Counted from the first letter of the stretch, positions 38,401-52,700 are shown. The stretch is DNA of 64,000 nucleotides from Dendrobates tinctorius (GCF_039654945.1 NW_027362312.1:124001-188000), one strand, 5' to 3'. Notes: generated by a model not told the origin, from the sequence alone. Translations and numbers: made by a program.

Positions 38401-40714
38401 TGATAGACAGAGATGTGGAGGAGATGTAGGGCGGTGCAGCACTGTGGAGAGGACAGGTAGGTGTAGACAGAGATGAGGAGATGTAGGGCAGTGCAGCACT
38501 GTGGGGAGGATGGGTAGGTGGTAGACAGAGATGAGGAGATGTAGGGCGGTGCAGCACTGTGGAGAGGACGGGTAGGTGGTAGACATAGATGAGGAGGAGA
38601 TGTAGGGCGGTGCGGCACTGTGGAGAGGACAGGTAGGTGGTAGATAGAGATGAGGAGATGTAGGATGGTGCAGCACTGTGGAGAGGAGGGGTAGGTGGTA
38701 TACAGATGAGGAGGACATGTAGGGCAGTGCAGCACTGTGGAGAGGACGGGTAGGTGGTAGACACAGATGAGGAGATGTAAGATGGTGCAGCACTGTGGAG
38801 AGGATGGGTAGGTGGTAGACACAGATGAGGAGATGTAGGGTGGTGCAGCACTGTGGAGAGGACAGGTAGGTGGTAGACAGAGATGAGGAGATGTAGGGCA
38901 GTGCAGCCCTGTGGGGTGGACGGGTAGGTGGTAGACTGAGATGAGGAGATGTAGGGCGGTGCAGCACTTTGGAGAGGACGGGTAGGTGGTAGACAGATGA
39001 GGAGATGTAGGGCAGTGCAGCACTGTGGGGTGGACGGGTAGGTGGTAGACTGAGATGAGGAGATGTAGGGCGGTGCAGCACTGTGGAGAGGACAGGTAGG
39101 TGGTAGACAGAGATGAGGAGGAGATGTAGGGTGGTGCAGCACTGTGGAGAGAACGGGTAGGGGATAGACATGGATGAGGAGGAGATGTAGGGCAGTGCAG
39201 CACTGTGGAGAGGACGGGTAGGTGGTAGAGATGAGGAGGAGATGTAGGGCAGTGCAGCACTGTGGAGAGGATGGGTAGGTGGTAGATAGAGATGAGGAGA
39301 TGTAGGGTGGTGCAGCACTGTGGAGAAGACAGGTAGGTGGTAGACAGAGATGAGGAGATGTAGGGCGGTGCAGCACTGTGGAGAGGATGGGTAGGTGGTG
39401 GACATAAAAGGAGGAGATGTAGGGCAGTGCAGCACTGTGGAGAGGACGGGTAGGTGGTAGACAGAGATTAGGAGATGTAGGGTGGTGCAGCACTGTGGAG
39501 ACGACGGGTAGGTGGTAGACACAGATGAGGAGATGTAGGGCAGTGCAGCACTGTGGAGAGGATGGGTAGGTGGTAGACAGGAATGATATGTAGGGCGGTG
39601 CAGCACTGTGGAGAGGACGGGTAGGTGGTAGACAGGAATGATATGTAGGGCGGTGCAGCACTGTGGAGAGGATGGGTAGGTGGTAGACAGGAATGATATG
39701 TAGGGCGCTGCAGCACTGTGGAGAGGACGGGTAGGTGGTAGACAGGAATGATATGTAGGGCGGTGCAGCACTGTGGAGAAGACGGGTAGGTGGTAGACAG
39801 GAATGATATGTAGGGCGGTGCAGCACTGTGGAGAGGATGTGTAGGTGGTAGACCGGAATGATATGTAGGGCGGTGCAGCACTGTGGAGAGGACGGGTAGG
39901 TGGTAGACAGGAATGATATGTAGGGCGGTGCAGCACTGTGGAGAGGATGGGTAGGTGGTAGACAGGAATGATATGTAGGGCGGTGCAGCACTGTGGAGAG
40001 GATGTGTAGGTGGTAGACAGGAATGATATGTAGGGCGGTGCAGCACTGTGGAGAGGACGGGTAGGTGGTAGACAGGAATGATATGTAGGGCGGTGCAGCA
40101 CTGTGGAGAGGATGTGTAGGTGGTAGACAGGAATGATATGTAGGGCGGTGCAGCACTGTGGAGAGGATGTGTAGGTGGTAGACAGGAATGATATGTAGGG
40201 CGGTGCAGCACTGTGGAGAGGATGGGTAGGTGGTAGACAGGAATGATATGTAGGGCAGTGCAGCACTGTGGAGAGGATGGGTAGGTGGTAGACAGGAATG
40301 ATATGTAGGGCGGTGCAGCACTGTGGAGAGGACGGGTAGGTGGTAGACAGGAATGATATGTAGGGCGGTGCAGCACTGTGGAGAGGACGGGTAGGTGGTA
40401 GACAGGAATGATATGTAGGGCGGTGCAGCACTGTGGAGAGGATGTGTAGGTGGTAGACAGGAATGATATGTAGGGCGGTGCAGCACTGTGGAGAGGATGG
40501 GTAGGTGGTAGACAGGAATGATATGTAGGGCGGTGCAGCACTGTGGAGAGGACGGGTAGGTGGTAGACAGGAATGATATGTAGGGCGGTGCAGCACTGTG
40601 GAGAGGACGGGTAGGTGGTAGACAGGAATGATATGTAGGGCGGTGCAGCACTGTGGAGAGGACGGGTAGGTGGTAGACAGGAATGATATGTAGGGCGGTG
40701 CAGCACTGTGGAGA
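35431..40714. repeat. ~55-bp purine-rich minisatellite, 5.3 kb, in the last MLKL intron
   Basis: Unit ggtgcagcactgtggagaggacgggtaggtggtagacaggaatgatatgtagggc and variants. Confidence 0.96.
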
Positions 40715-40814
40715 ACTTAGTGAATGAGAGTGATGTGGGTGGGATGCTACAGAGCTCAGCATTTAGAGCACCACTAGATCTCCAGCAGATAAAACGGTGA
40801 TAAAAAATGACAAC

Positions 40815-41086
40815 TAGTGATGAGCGAGTATACTTGTTGCTCGGGTTTCCTCCGAGTATTTTGGCAGTGCTCGGAGATTTAGTTTTCTATCTTATCTGCA
40901 TGATTTGTGACTTTGCAGACAGGCTGAATACATGTGGGGATTTCCTAACAAACAGGCATTCCTCACATGTATTCAGCCTGTCCAGCAGTCGCAAATCATG
41001 CAGCTGAGACGACGGAAACTAAATTTCCGAGCACAGCCAAAATACTCGGAGGACACCCGAGCAACGAGTATACTCGCTCATCACTA
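40815..41086. mobile_element. hAT-type palindromic MITE
   Basis: ~70-bp TIRs starting TAGTGATGAGCGAGTATAC; imperfect 8-bp TSD atgacaac/ctgacaag. Confidence 0.85.
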
Positions 41087-41700
41087 CTGACAAGTAGGAC
41101 AGTAAGTGACACATCGCTGGAATCAGGGTCTCAGTCCCGACATCATGCTGCTCAGATGGGGAAGCACAATTATAGTGACAGATTGTATTTCAGAAGGCGT
41201 TAACCTAGTAGTGGAGAAAGTCTTTACAATGAAATGAATGACTTATTGAATATACTGCATGATTGTGTGATAGATAGAGGCTCCAAAGCTGTGATAGGTT
41301 AAGGGACTCCCACCAATGGAGGAAACTGGGCCCCCATCCTTTCTCCATCACCATTCCATACAGGAGGCCATGCAGGCATGGAGTGGTCTACAGTGTGGAT
41401 AATGGGTGTTGTGGTAACCGCTGGGTGCATCACAGCTCCCATCATCTACAATGCTGAGGCCCACATGGGATACTCCGACCCCGTCCTCCTGATAGATGGG
41501 AAGCGCCATCAGTAATCCCTGTACCTGAGGTGTGTGGAAGCCACATGTGAGCAGCCGCACCCGTCTGTATCCAGGAGGTCGGGGGTAGTGACCCCTGGTG
41601 CTGCACGCCAATGTAAGGGGTGGACACTAGGCCTCCAATCTTATGGTAACTAATTCATCCATTACAGGAGGCCATGAAGCTATGGAGTGATCCTACAGAC

Positions 41701-41847
41701 CTCCAGCCGAGGGACGGCTCCCTGGATCCATCGCTAGACTTCTCCTAATGACATCACAAAGAGCAGGAGGACACGAGGTAGGGAGGTCGGCATCAACCCT
41801 TGTGCAGAGCTTCTGGTGAATGTCTTCAAGATTCTCTGCAGAAAAAT
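41701..41847 (-). CDS. MLKL: MLKL coding exon 9 (pseudokinase C-lobe)
   Basis: EDIHQKLCTRVDADLPTSCPPALCDVIRRSLAMDPGSRPSAG; alternative in-frame acceptor at 41835. Confidence 0.85.
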
Positions 41848-42749
41848 CTGGCAATGCGGATGAAATGTATGAATTTCCCAGTATTGTGCAGCTGATCCCA
41901 CCCTTCAGACGGCCATTGTGACTAATAGCGGCCTTCAGCGGTGCGCACGTGTGTAACCTGATCCTGGGAGACGCTGAGCCATAACCGGTGACAGATAACA
42001 TGGCGCCCGCGGTATATCCACAGGCTCAGATTATTGTGTGTCAGCAATGATCTTATCACAGAATATTGCCACAAATATGGTTGTTGTTACAGAACCACTC
42101 AGCACCCAGAATATGTTGTGCAGTTATATGTATGTATAATAGGTTCCATGGGAGATGCATTTCCGTAATGCATCAGCCCACAGGCTGAGCCCTGGGCAGA
42201 GGGGACACGATATTCTCCTTTTGTCCGCCCCCCACACCTTTGTAATTCCCACAGTAAACATCGGCAGGCTCCGGCCACCTGCGGCTTTTGTAATGCATGT
42301 CTGGCCTGCCGCTTTTCTATTGGCCTGCCCTCTGTATCTGTGTGATATATTCTGTGTCCTGTGAGTAAAGTGTTGTCAGACTGGAAATACGTGGAGAAGC
42401 AGTGATCTTTTATATGCGCCCATGTAACCAAGGAATTCCAGCCAGCGTCACTCAATCAGACTCCAGCCAAAGCAGAGTGGACCTCCGAAAACACGGGGTG
42501 GTACTGAAAGAGGTATCCGAGATTGGAAGACCCTGTTACAGTTGTAAATGGATACGTGGTGTAGGGTGAGTGGTGATGGTCATCAGATGTGGCTGCCTCT
42601 TTGGCTTTCACCAGTGGGGTCCCTGAGAATACGCCTGCATGTCGCTGGCAGGGGAGCAGTGGACTGTATATGAGTGAAGTCTTGTGGCGCTAATATCCTC
42701 TCCGGTGATGAAACATCCGCTCCAGTGTGCCGCGGAGCTTAGCACTCAC

Positions 42750-42799
42750 CTTGTAATGGGAATCCACCAACCGCAATCTCGAAAATCACTACTCCTAGA
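42750..42799 (-). CDS. MLKL: MLKL coding exon 8 (50 nt)
   Basis: (S)LGVVIFEIAVGGFPLQ vs human FGIVLWEIATGDIPFQ; AG/GTGAGT. Confidence 0.92.
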
Positions 42800-42830
42800 C
42801 TGCAAGAGAAGATGGTCAGACACTGTAGAA

Positions 42831-44340
42831 GCACGCCCCCAGTCCTGTCACGCCCCCAGTCCTGTCACGCCACCCGACCTGGCTCGCCCCCAGTCCTGGC
42901 ACGCCCCCAGTCCTGGCACGCCCCCAGTCCTGTCACGCCGTCTGACCTGTCACACCCCCAGTCCTGTCACGCCTCCAGTCCTGTCACGCCGCCCGACCTG
43001 GCTAGCCCCCAGTCCTGTCACTCCCCCAGCCCTGTCACACCCCCAGTCCTGTCATGCTCCCAGTCCTGTCATTCCGCCCGACCTGGCTCGCCCCCAGCCC
43101 TGTCATGCCCCCAGTCCTGTCACGCCCCCAGTCCTGTCACGCCTCCAGTCCTGGCACGCCCCCAGTCCTGACACGCCCCCAGTCCTGGCACGCCTCAAGC
43201 CCTGGCACAGCCCTAGTCCTGGCACGCCTCCAGTCCTGTCACGCCACCAGTCCTGACACGCCCCCAGTCCTGGCACACCCCTAGTCCTGGCTCGCTTCCA
43301 GTCCTGACACGCTCCCAGTCCTGGCACGCCTCCAGTCCTAGCATGCCTCCATGCCTCCAGTCCTGTCACGCCCCCAGACCCGTCACGCCCCCAGTCCTGG
43401 CACGCCTCCAGCCCTGGCACGCCTCCAGTCCTGGCACACCCCCAGTCCTGGCACGCCCCCAGTCCTGGCACGCCCCCAGCCCTGGCACGCCTCCAGTCCT
43501 GGCTCGCCTCCGGTCCTGGCACGCCTCCAGTCCTGGCTCGCCTCCAATCCTGGCATGCCTCCAGTCCTGGCAAGCCTCCCGTCCTGGCATGCCCCCAGTG
43601 CTGGCATGCCTCCAGTCCTGTCACGCCCCCAGCCCTGGCACGCCTCCAGTCCTGGCTCGCCTCCGGTCCTGGCACGCCTCCAGTCCTGGCTTGCCTCCAA
43701 TCCTGGCATGCCTCCAGTCCTGGCAAGCCTCCCGTCCTGGCATGCCTCCAGTCCTGTCACGCCCCCAGCCCTGGTACGCCCCCAGTCCTGTCACGCCCCC
43801 AGCCCTGGTACGCCCCCAGTCCTGTCTCGCCTCCGGTCCTGGCATGCCTCCAGTCCTGGCTCGCCTCCAATCCTGGCATGCCTCCAGTCCTGGCAAGCCT
43901 CCCGTCCTGGCATGCCCCCAGTGCTGGCATGCCTCCAGTCCTGTCACACCCCCAGCCCTGGCACGCCTCCAGTCCTGGCAAGCCCCAAGTCCTGGCACTC
44001 CTCCAGTCCTGGCACGCCCCCAGTGCTGGCACCCCTCCGGTCCTTGCTCGCCCCCGGTCCTGGCACGCCTCCAGTCCTGGCAAGCCCCCAGTCCTGGCAC
44101 TCCTCCAGTCCTGGCACGCCCCCAGTTCTGGCACGCCCCCAGTGCTGGCACGCCTCCGGTCCTTGCTCGCCCCCGGTCCTGGCATGCCCCCAGTCCTGGC
44201 TCGCCCCCAATCCTGGCTCGCCTCCAGTCTTGGCTCGCCCCCAATCCTGGCATGCCTCAAGTCCTGGCACGCCCCCAGTACTGGCTCGCCTCCAGTTCTG
44301 GCTCGCCCCCAATCCTGGCATGCCCCCAATCCTGGCTCGC
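42831..44340. repeat. ~17-bp minisatellite (cacgcccccagtcctgg) filling an MLKL intron
   Basis: Tandem copies with many point variants. Confidence 0.94.
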
Positions 44341-44400
44341 TGACCGTCCTAGCACGCCGTGGTCAGTCTCACTGTCCATCACCCAGTGCTGGGCTGCTAC

Positions 44401-44546
44401 CTGTAGATCTCGCTCCACTTGTTGTAGATGTTGATGTTCCGCCCGGTTTCAGGAGCCACATACACCAGCTCATTGCTTTTTTCTGGACTTTTCACTGGAT
44501 TCCTTTTCATAGACGACTCCGTCTTGGAGAACTCAAACCCTGATAA
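44401..44546 (-). CDS. MLKL: MLKL coding exon 7 (GFE motif and activation loop)
   Basis: LSGFEFSKTESSMKRN...VYVAPE...YNKWSEIY. Confidence 0.93.
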
Positions 44547-44664
44547 CTGCAGATAGTAAATGGCGTCACATAATGATGTGGCCAGAATGATACTGTGCAA
44601 TGTCCAGGCTTCAGACAGCTCTGATCAGACGGCGTGGAAAGCTGTGATCGCAGCTGTACTTTAC

Positions 44665-44749
44665 CTTGACACAGTATGTCCCATCCACCCAGAGCCTGGA
44701 GCTGCTCAGACTGCCGTGGAGAATGGCTTTCATCTCCGTCTGATGTAAT
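44665..44749 (-). CDS. MLKL: MLKL coding exon 6 (degenerate catalytic loop)
   Basis: LHQTEMKAILHGSLSSSRLWVDGTYCVK vs human [27 protein letters not shown]. Confidence 0.9.
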
Positions 44750-44857
44750 CTATAAATACAAGGTCACAGTTACCACCGAGAGTGGTCCCCATGTGCGGGG
44801 GGCATGCAGATGGTCTCCAGGGTAGGACCCCCGACCCTGACAGGTAGGATACAGCAC

Positions 44858-44993
44858 CGGTATAAGGCTCTGGCTGCATCTAGAGACATCTGGACACGAC
44901 ACTCCCATGATAGGCCGGGCTCTCGTCTCAGCAGCTCTCTCAGGGTCCCTTTCTCACAGTATTCCATCACAAGGGAGTATTGGGGGTCTCTGC
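44858..44993 (-). CDS. MLKL: MLKL coding exon 5
   Basis: [24 protein letters not shown]...LDAARALY. Confidence 0.93.
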
Positions 44994-47900
44994 CTGCAGC
45001 AGGGGAGATCCAGAACCAGAAACGGCAAGGAGGAGAGAAAAGAGAGGAAACGCTGCATTCAGAGTGTGCCTTCATCATCTACACGCCATATCATCCACTA
45101 TTACTGTATCATACGGTGTGATTATCACTACTACTACATCTTCCGGTGTAATTATTACTATATACATACGGTGTGATTATTACTGTATCATACGGTGTGA
45201 TTATTACTGTATCATACGGTGTGATTATCACTATTACTATATCTTCCGGTGTGATTATTACTATTTCATACGGTGTGATTATTACTGTATCATCCGGTGT
45301 GATTATTACTGTATCATGCGGCGTGATTATTACTGTATCATACGACGTGATTATTACTGTATCATACGGCGTGATTATTACTGTATCATACGGTGTGATT
45401 ATCACTATTACTATATCTTCCGGTGTGATTATTACTGTATCATACGGTGTGATTATTCCTATCATACGGCGTGATTATTACTGTATCATATGGTGTGATT
45501 ATCACTACTACTACATCTTCCGGTGTAATTACTATATACATACGGTATGATTATTACTGTATCATACGGTGTGATTATTACTATATACATACAGTATGAT
45601 TACTGTATCATACAGTGTGATTATCACTATTACTGTATCATACGGTGTGATTATTACTGTATCATACGGTGTGATTATCACTATTACTATATCTTCCGGT
45701 GTGATTATTACTATTTCATACGGTGTGATTATTACTGTATCATACGGTGTGATTATTACTGTATCATGCGGCGTGATTATTACTGTATCATACGGCGTGA
45801 TTATTACTGTATCATACGGCGTGATTATTACTGTATCATACGGTGTGATTATCACTATTACTATATCATACGGTGTGATTATTACTGTATCATACGGTGT
45901 GATTATTACTATATCATACGGTGTGATTATTACTATTTCATACGGTGTGATTATTACTGTATCATACGGTGTGATTATTACTGTATCATGCGGCGTGATT
46001 ATTACTGTATCATACGGCGTGATTATTACTGTATCATACGGTGTGATTATCACTATTACTATATCTTCCGGTGTGATTATTACTGTATCATACGGTGTGA
46101 TTATTACTATCATACGGCGTGATTATTACTGTATCATATGGTGTGATTATCACTACTACTACATCTTCCGGTGTAATTACTATATACATACGGTATGATT
46201 ACTGTATCATACGGTGTGATTATTACTATATCATACGGTGTGATTATTACTGTATCATACGGTGTGATTATTACTGTATCATACGGTGTGATTATTGCTA
46301 TATCATACAGTGTGATTATCACTATTACTATATCATCCAGTGTGATTATTACTGTATCATACGGCGTGATTATTACTATATCATACAGTGTGATTATCAC
46401 TATTACTGTATCATACGGTGTGATTATTACTGTATCATCCGGTGTGATTATTACTGTATCATCCGGTGTGATTATTGCTATATCATACAGTGTGATTATC
46501 ACTATTACTATATCATCCGGTGTGATTATTACTGTATCATACGGCGTGATTATTACTATATCATACAGTGTGATTATCACTATTACTGTATCATCCGGTG
46601 TGATTATTACTGTATCATCCGGTGTGATTATTACTATTTCATACGGTGTGATTATTACTGTATCATACGGTGTGATTATTACTATTTCATCCGGTGTGAT
46701 TATTACTGTATCATACGGTGTGATTATTGCTATATCATACAGTGTGATTATCACTATTACTATATCATCCAGTGTGATTATTACTGTATCATACGGCGTG
46801 ATTATTACTATATCATACAGTGTGATTATCACTATTACTGTATCATACGGTGTGATTATTACTGTATCATCCGGTGTGATTATTACTATTTCATACGGTG
46901 TGATTATTACTGTATCATACGGTGTGATTATTACTATTTCATACGGTGTGATTATTACTGTATCATACGGTGTGATTATCACTATTACTGTATCATCCGG
47001 TGTGATTAATACTATTTCATACGGTGTGATTATTACTGTATCATACGGTGTGATTATTACTATTTCATACGGTGTGATTATTACTGTATCATACGGTGTG
47101 ATTATTACTGTATCATACGGTGTGATTATTACTATATCATCCGGTGTGATTATTACTATATCATACAGTGTGATTATCACTATTACTGTATCATCCGGTG
47201 TGATTATTACTGTATCATCCGGTGTGATTAATACTACTTCATACGGTGTGATTATTACTGTATCATACGGTGTGATTATTACTATTTCATACGGTGTGAT
47301 TATTACTGTATCATCCGGTGTGATTATTACTATTTCATACGGTGTGATTATTACTGTATCATACGGTGTGATTATTACTATATCATCCGGTGTGATTATT
47401 ACTGTATCATCCGGTGTGATTATTACTGTATCATACGGTGTGATTATTACTATATCATACAGTGTGATTATCACTATTAATGTATCATACGGTGTGATTA
47501 TTACTGTATCATCCGGTGTGATTATTACTATTTCATACGGTGTGATTATTACTGTATCATACGGTGTGATTATTACTGTATCATACGGTGTGATTATTAC
47601 TATATCATACAGTGTGATTATTACTGTATCATACGGTGTGATTATTACTGTATCATACGGTGTGATTATTACTGTATCATACGGTGTGATTATTACTGTA
47701 TCATACGGTGTGATTATTACTGTATCATACGGTGTGATTATTACTATATCATCCGGTGTGATTATTACTGTATCATACGGTGTGATTATTACTGTATCAT
47801 ACGGTGTGATTATTACTATATCATACGGTGTGATTATTACTATATCATACGGTGTGATTATTACTATATCATACGGTGTGATTATTACTGTATCATACGG

Positions 47901-48518
47901 TGTGATTATTACTGTATCATACGGTGTGATTATTACTATATCATCAGGTGTGATTATTACTGTATCATACGGTGTGATTATTACTGTATCATACGGTGTG
48001 ATTATTACTATATCATACGGTGTAATTATTACTGTATCATACGGTGTGATTATCACTATTACTATGTCATACGGTGTGATTATTACTGTATCATACGGTG
48101 TGATTATTACTGTATCATACGGTGTGATTATTACTATATCATACGGTGTGATTATCACTATTACTATGTCATACGGTGTGATTATTACTGTATCATATGG
48201 TGTGATTATCATTATTACTATATCATACAGTGTGATTATCACTATTACTATATCATCCGGTGTGATTATTACTATATCATACGGTGTGATTATTACTGTA
48301 TCATACGGTGTGATTATTACTGTATCATACGGCGTGATTATTACTGTATCATACGGTGTGATTATTACTGTATCATATGGTGTGATTATCATTATTACTA
48401 TATCGTACGGTGTGATTATCACTATATCATACGGTGTGATTATTACTATATCATACAGTGTGATTATTGCTATATCATACGGTGTGATTATTACTGTGTC
48501 ATACGGTGTGATTATTAC

Positions 48519-49124
48519 CAGGGCTGTGGAGTAGGTAAGCCAAACCTGCGATTCCGACTCCGACTCCTCAATTTCCCTTACTCCGACTCCCACACATATT
48601 GCTTATATTTAAGTGAAAAATGTATTATAGTACAATGTGAACCTCAGACATTTAATCATTTTTATGATCCAATAATCAAGATATTTAGATAGAACAGAAT
48701 ATATATTGGTGTACTACCCGGTTTTCATTCTTTTTGGTACAGATACGATATGGATAGACAGATATGGATAAATGGATAGATAGAGCAGATTTCTAATCTG
48801 CTTTTGCTATTGAAAACATTATCTATGAGCTCAAAAACCTTTCAGGTGATGCAGTTTTTTAAAAAGATGATCAGCTTTTGCAGCTGAAAAACGTATCCTC
48901 AAAAAACACAGGAAAAACGCTGTGTGTGAATGTAGCCTTAGATCAGGAATAGAACAGCCATTTATAGGACATTTCATAACTTTCACAAATTCCTATGAAA
49001 AAATATTCAGCACATTCTGCATTGAATTACTGTACCCAATTTATTATATATTTTAGGAGTCGGAGTCGGTCCATTTTATTCCGACTCCACCAAAATGAGC
49101 ACCGACTCCGACTCCACAGCCCTG
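48519..49124. mobile_element. 606-bp hAT-type MITE, same family as 24933-25013
   Basis: TIR CAGGGCTGTGGAGT...ACTCCACAGCCCTG; 8-bp TSD ATTATTAC; subterminal CCGACT repeats. Confidence 0.9.
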
Positions 49125-49270
49125 ATTATTACTGTATCATATGGTGTGATTATTACTGTATCATACGGTGTGATTATTACTATATCATACAGTGTGATTA
49201 TCACTATTACTATATCATCCGGTGTGATTATTACTGTATCAAACGGTGTGATTATCACTATTTCATACGG

Positions 49271-49727
49271 TGTGAGAATCATGTGGGAATAGTGGATGAG
49301 GGCAGGTATATCTCGCCCAGATTCCTTTCCTATGTGGCCTAGTCTGGTCAGTATCTCACCTGGTTACTAATGAATAATGGGAGGCGGCTATAAAAGGATG
49401 CCAGGTGGTTGTGTGAGTGTCTCAGCCTGGGAACACAGAGAGCCTGTCTGTGTGAGAGACACACGTGAGTGAAAGCAGTGCCCACTGCAACTGTGGTTTG
49501 GCTGGACGGGAGAAGCCCGTCAGTTGGTAGTTAGGTTGTCCATTGTTTAGTTAGTGCCGGACAGGCAAGGATTTTTTTATGTTTTTTTCCTTTTTGCATT
49601 GCTTTCACCTTTAATAAACCTGACCCAGTGTCAGTTATACCCGAATCCCAGCTCTGCGCCTGAGTTTCATGCTGAACGCACGTGACCTTTGACCCCAGCA
49701 AAGGCGATCCCGGAGTGTTTTATCACA
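49271..49727 (+). repeat. 5' LTR
   Basis: TGTGA...TCACA; TATAAAA near 49389; AATAAA near 49613. Confidence 0.95.
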
Positions 49728-49730
49728 TTG

Positions 49731-49749
49731 TGGTGGAGAATGCAGGCAT
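49731..49749 (+). other. Primer-binding site, tRNA-Ala-like
   Basis: TGGTGGAGAATGCAGGCAT just after the LTR, near-complementary to the tRNA-Ala 3' end. Confidence 0.75.
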
Positions 49750-49761
49750 CACGTTGCAAGC

Positions 49762-52700
49762 ATGAGCATGGAGGACGTGGTGAAAGCACTGGTACAGTCC
49801 ACCGCCGTCCAGCAAGAAGCTGATCGGGTGATGATGGCCCAGCTGAAGGAGTTGGTGGACATGACAGCTACCGATCGTTCGCTTCTCCATCAGGTGGCGC
49901 AGCGCCTGGCAAGCTTACCTGAGGTTAACCTGGAAGCAGAGTCGAGAGTGATTCACGTGAGTCGGTACTGGCAGAAGATGATGACCGAAGATGACGTCGA
50001 GGCCTACCTGACCACGTTTGAACGGACGGCGGTGCGAGAAAAATGGCCGAAGGCACGATGGGCCGGCCTGATTGCCCCGTTTCTTTCCGGTGAGGCCCAA
50101 AAGGCGTATTATGACTTGGAACCTGAAGCCGCGCAGGACTTTGACAAACTGAAAGTCGAGATCTTGGCCCGGCTGGGAGTGACGACCGCTGTCCATGCAC
50201 AGAGAGTACATCAATGGACTTATCAGCCGGATAAACCACCGCGGTCACAGATGTTCGACCTGACCCACGTGACGAAGAAGTGGCTACAACCCGAGGTGTT
50301 GACAGCGCCAGAGATAATCCAGAGAGTCGTCATGGACAAGTACCTGAGAGCTCTACCGCCAGCCCTGAGGAAGTGGGTAAGCCATGGAAATCCTACGACG
50401 GCAGATCAACTGGTGGATCTGGTTGAACGTTACTCCGTGGCGGAAGGACTCCGAGACGACGCTACCCCACCTCATTCTTCATCATCTCCACGTGGAACCG
50501 GTAAGACTGTTCCAGGGAGTAGGGGAGATGGAAAAATCCCTAAGACAATGGGGGAGGAAAACGGGACTGCCCGCACTGCGAGGCCGAGAGTAACGAACTA
50601 TGGTCTAAGCAAGGGGCCCGTTAGGTGTTTCCGTTGCCAAGAGATGGGACACATTGCTGCTAACTGTCCGGTCACTACTGAACCCATGCAGTGCGACGTC
50701 ACAGACTCTAAAAACCGCATGTCTATGGTTGCACGGGTAGTGAGTGTGAATGCCGGTCAAAGGGATGTGGAAAAACACTTGTGTGATTTAACTGTTGATG
50801 GCAAAAATGTGGTGGCATTGATAGACTCGGGAAGTGTGGTGACTCTGGTGAAGGCCAGTCTGGTGTCAGCCCCGACTGGACCATCAGACAAATTTTCTGT
50901 AACGTGTGTGCATGGAGACACCTGTTCGTACCTCACCACGGTCATATGCATTACTACTTCCTATGGGTCTGTGCAACATAAAGTGGGACTCGTCCCGGCG
51001 TTATTGCATGATGTTATCCTGGGCCGGGATTTTCCCCACTTCTGGCAATTGTGGGAGAATCAGTTGATACCCCAGGGTAATAGTGTACATGGTTCTTCTC
51101 CCAGGGCGCGTGTGGGTCCCCAACCCCTGGAAGAGGTCTCCCCGGAAGACTCGGGGGAAGAGTCTGCGGGAAATGACCTGCAGTTCCCGTTTTCAGTCAT
51201 GGCGGGTGATACGGAGGAGACCGGGGAAGAGGAGGAGGCCGACAGCCGTCCACCTCCCCATTTGCCGGATTTAGAAGTTCAGAAAGATGACTTCCAAAGC
51301 GAGCAAATAAAGGATCCTACCCTTTCTCAGGCTAGGACGAATGTAAAAGTGATAAATGGGGTACCCGTAGAACCTGGCTCTAGGCTGGCATATCCTTACA
51401 TGGTTCTGGAGAATGATTTACTCTATCAGATAAAGAAAAAGGGGGAAGATACGGTGCAACTATTAGTCGTGCCAAAACCCTACCGGCGGCAGGTGCTGAA
51501 CCTGGCCCACGGACATGTGATGGGAGGTCACCTGGGAGTCCAGAAAACCACCGAAAGGATATTACACTGTTTTGTTTGGCCAGGCATGCATCACGATATT
51601 CGTGTATATTGTGAGTCTTGTCCTGACTGTCAAGCCTCTGCACCTAAGCCCCGGTTTTGTAGCCCTTTGGTACCCCTACCTATTATTGAAGTCCCGTTTG
51701 AGAGGATTGGGATGGATTTAGTTGGGCCCCTTCGACGGTCGGCACGAGGGCACCAACATATCCTGGTCATCTTGGATTATGCCACTCATTACCCGGAGGC
51801 CATCCCTTTGCGTAACACGGCCACCAAGACGATTGCCAAGGAACTGGTGCATGTGTTTAGTCGGGTCGGTATACCAAAACAGATACTCACCGACCAGGGG
51901 ACTCCCTTTATGTCCAGGGTAGTGAAGGAGCTCTGCCGGTTGTTACAATTCGAACTGTTACGCACATCCGTGTATCACCCTCAAACAGACGGGTTGGTCG
52001 AACGGTTCAATAAAACTCTGAAGCAGATGCTGAGAAAGGTGATAGACAAGGATGGGAAGAACTGGGACTATTTACTTCCGTATTTGCTTTTTGCCATCAG
52101 GGAAGTGCCCCAGTCTTCCACGGGATTCTCGCCTTTCGAGTTATTGTACGCCCGACGTCCTCGCGGACTGTTAGACGTTGCAAAAGAAACCTGGGAGGGT
52201 CAGGTCACTCCGTTTAAAACAGTGATAGATCACGTCACACAGATGCAGGACCGTATTGCGGCTGTTATGCCTATCGTCAAAGAACACATGATGCAGGCTC
52301 AAGGAGCCCAAAAAAGAATCTATGATAGGGGCGCCAAGATCCGTACGTTTGCACCCGGAGATAGGGTGTTGATCCTGGTCTTCACGGTGGACAGTAAGTT
52401 CCTGGCAAAGTGGCAGGGCCCCTTTGAGATTAAGGAAAGAGTTGGTGAAGTAAACTACGAAGTATACCAGGCAGGTAAACGGAAACCTGAACAGATTTAT
52501 CATGTGAATCTGATAAAACCCTGGAAAGATCGGTCTGCCTTGTCAGCGGAGCTGGCCCGTCCCGTCTGCTCGCATACCGTACCGGAGGTACGGGTGGCAG
52601 AGACTCTCTCGGAGCGGCAAAAGACTGAGGTCAGGCAGTTTCTACTTCACAACCAAAAGTTTTTCTCAGAAAAACCCGGGCAGACTACGCTAATGAAACA

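Noticed and set aside
35372-40762. 1796-aa, 1288-aa and other minus-strand ORFs
   Set aside because: Translations of a strand-skewed minisatellite inside an MLKL intron
41351-41700. Degenerate ~35-bp direct repeat near the MLKL exon 9 donor
   Set aside because: Short and diverged; probably old duplication or TE debris with no testable function
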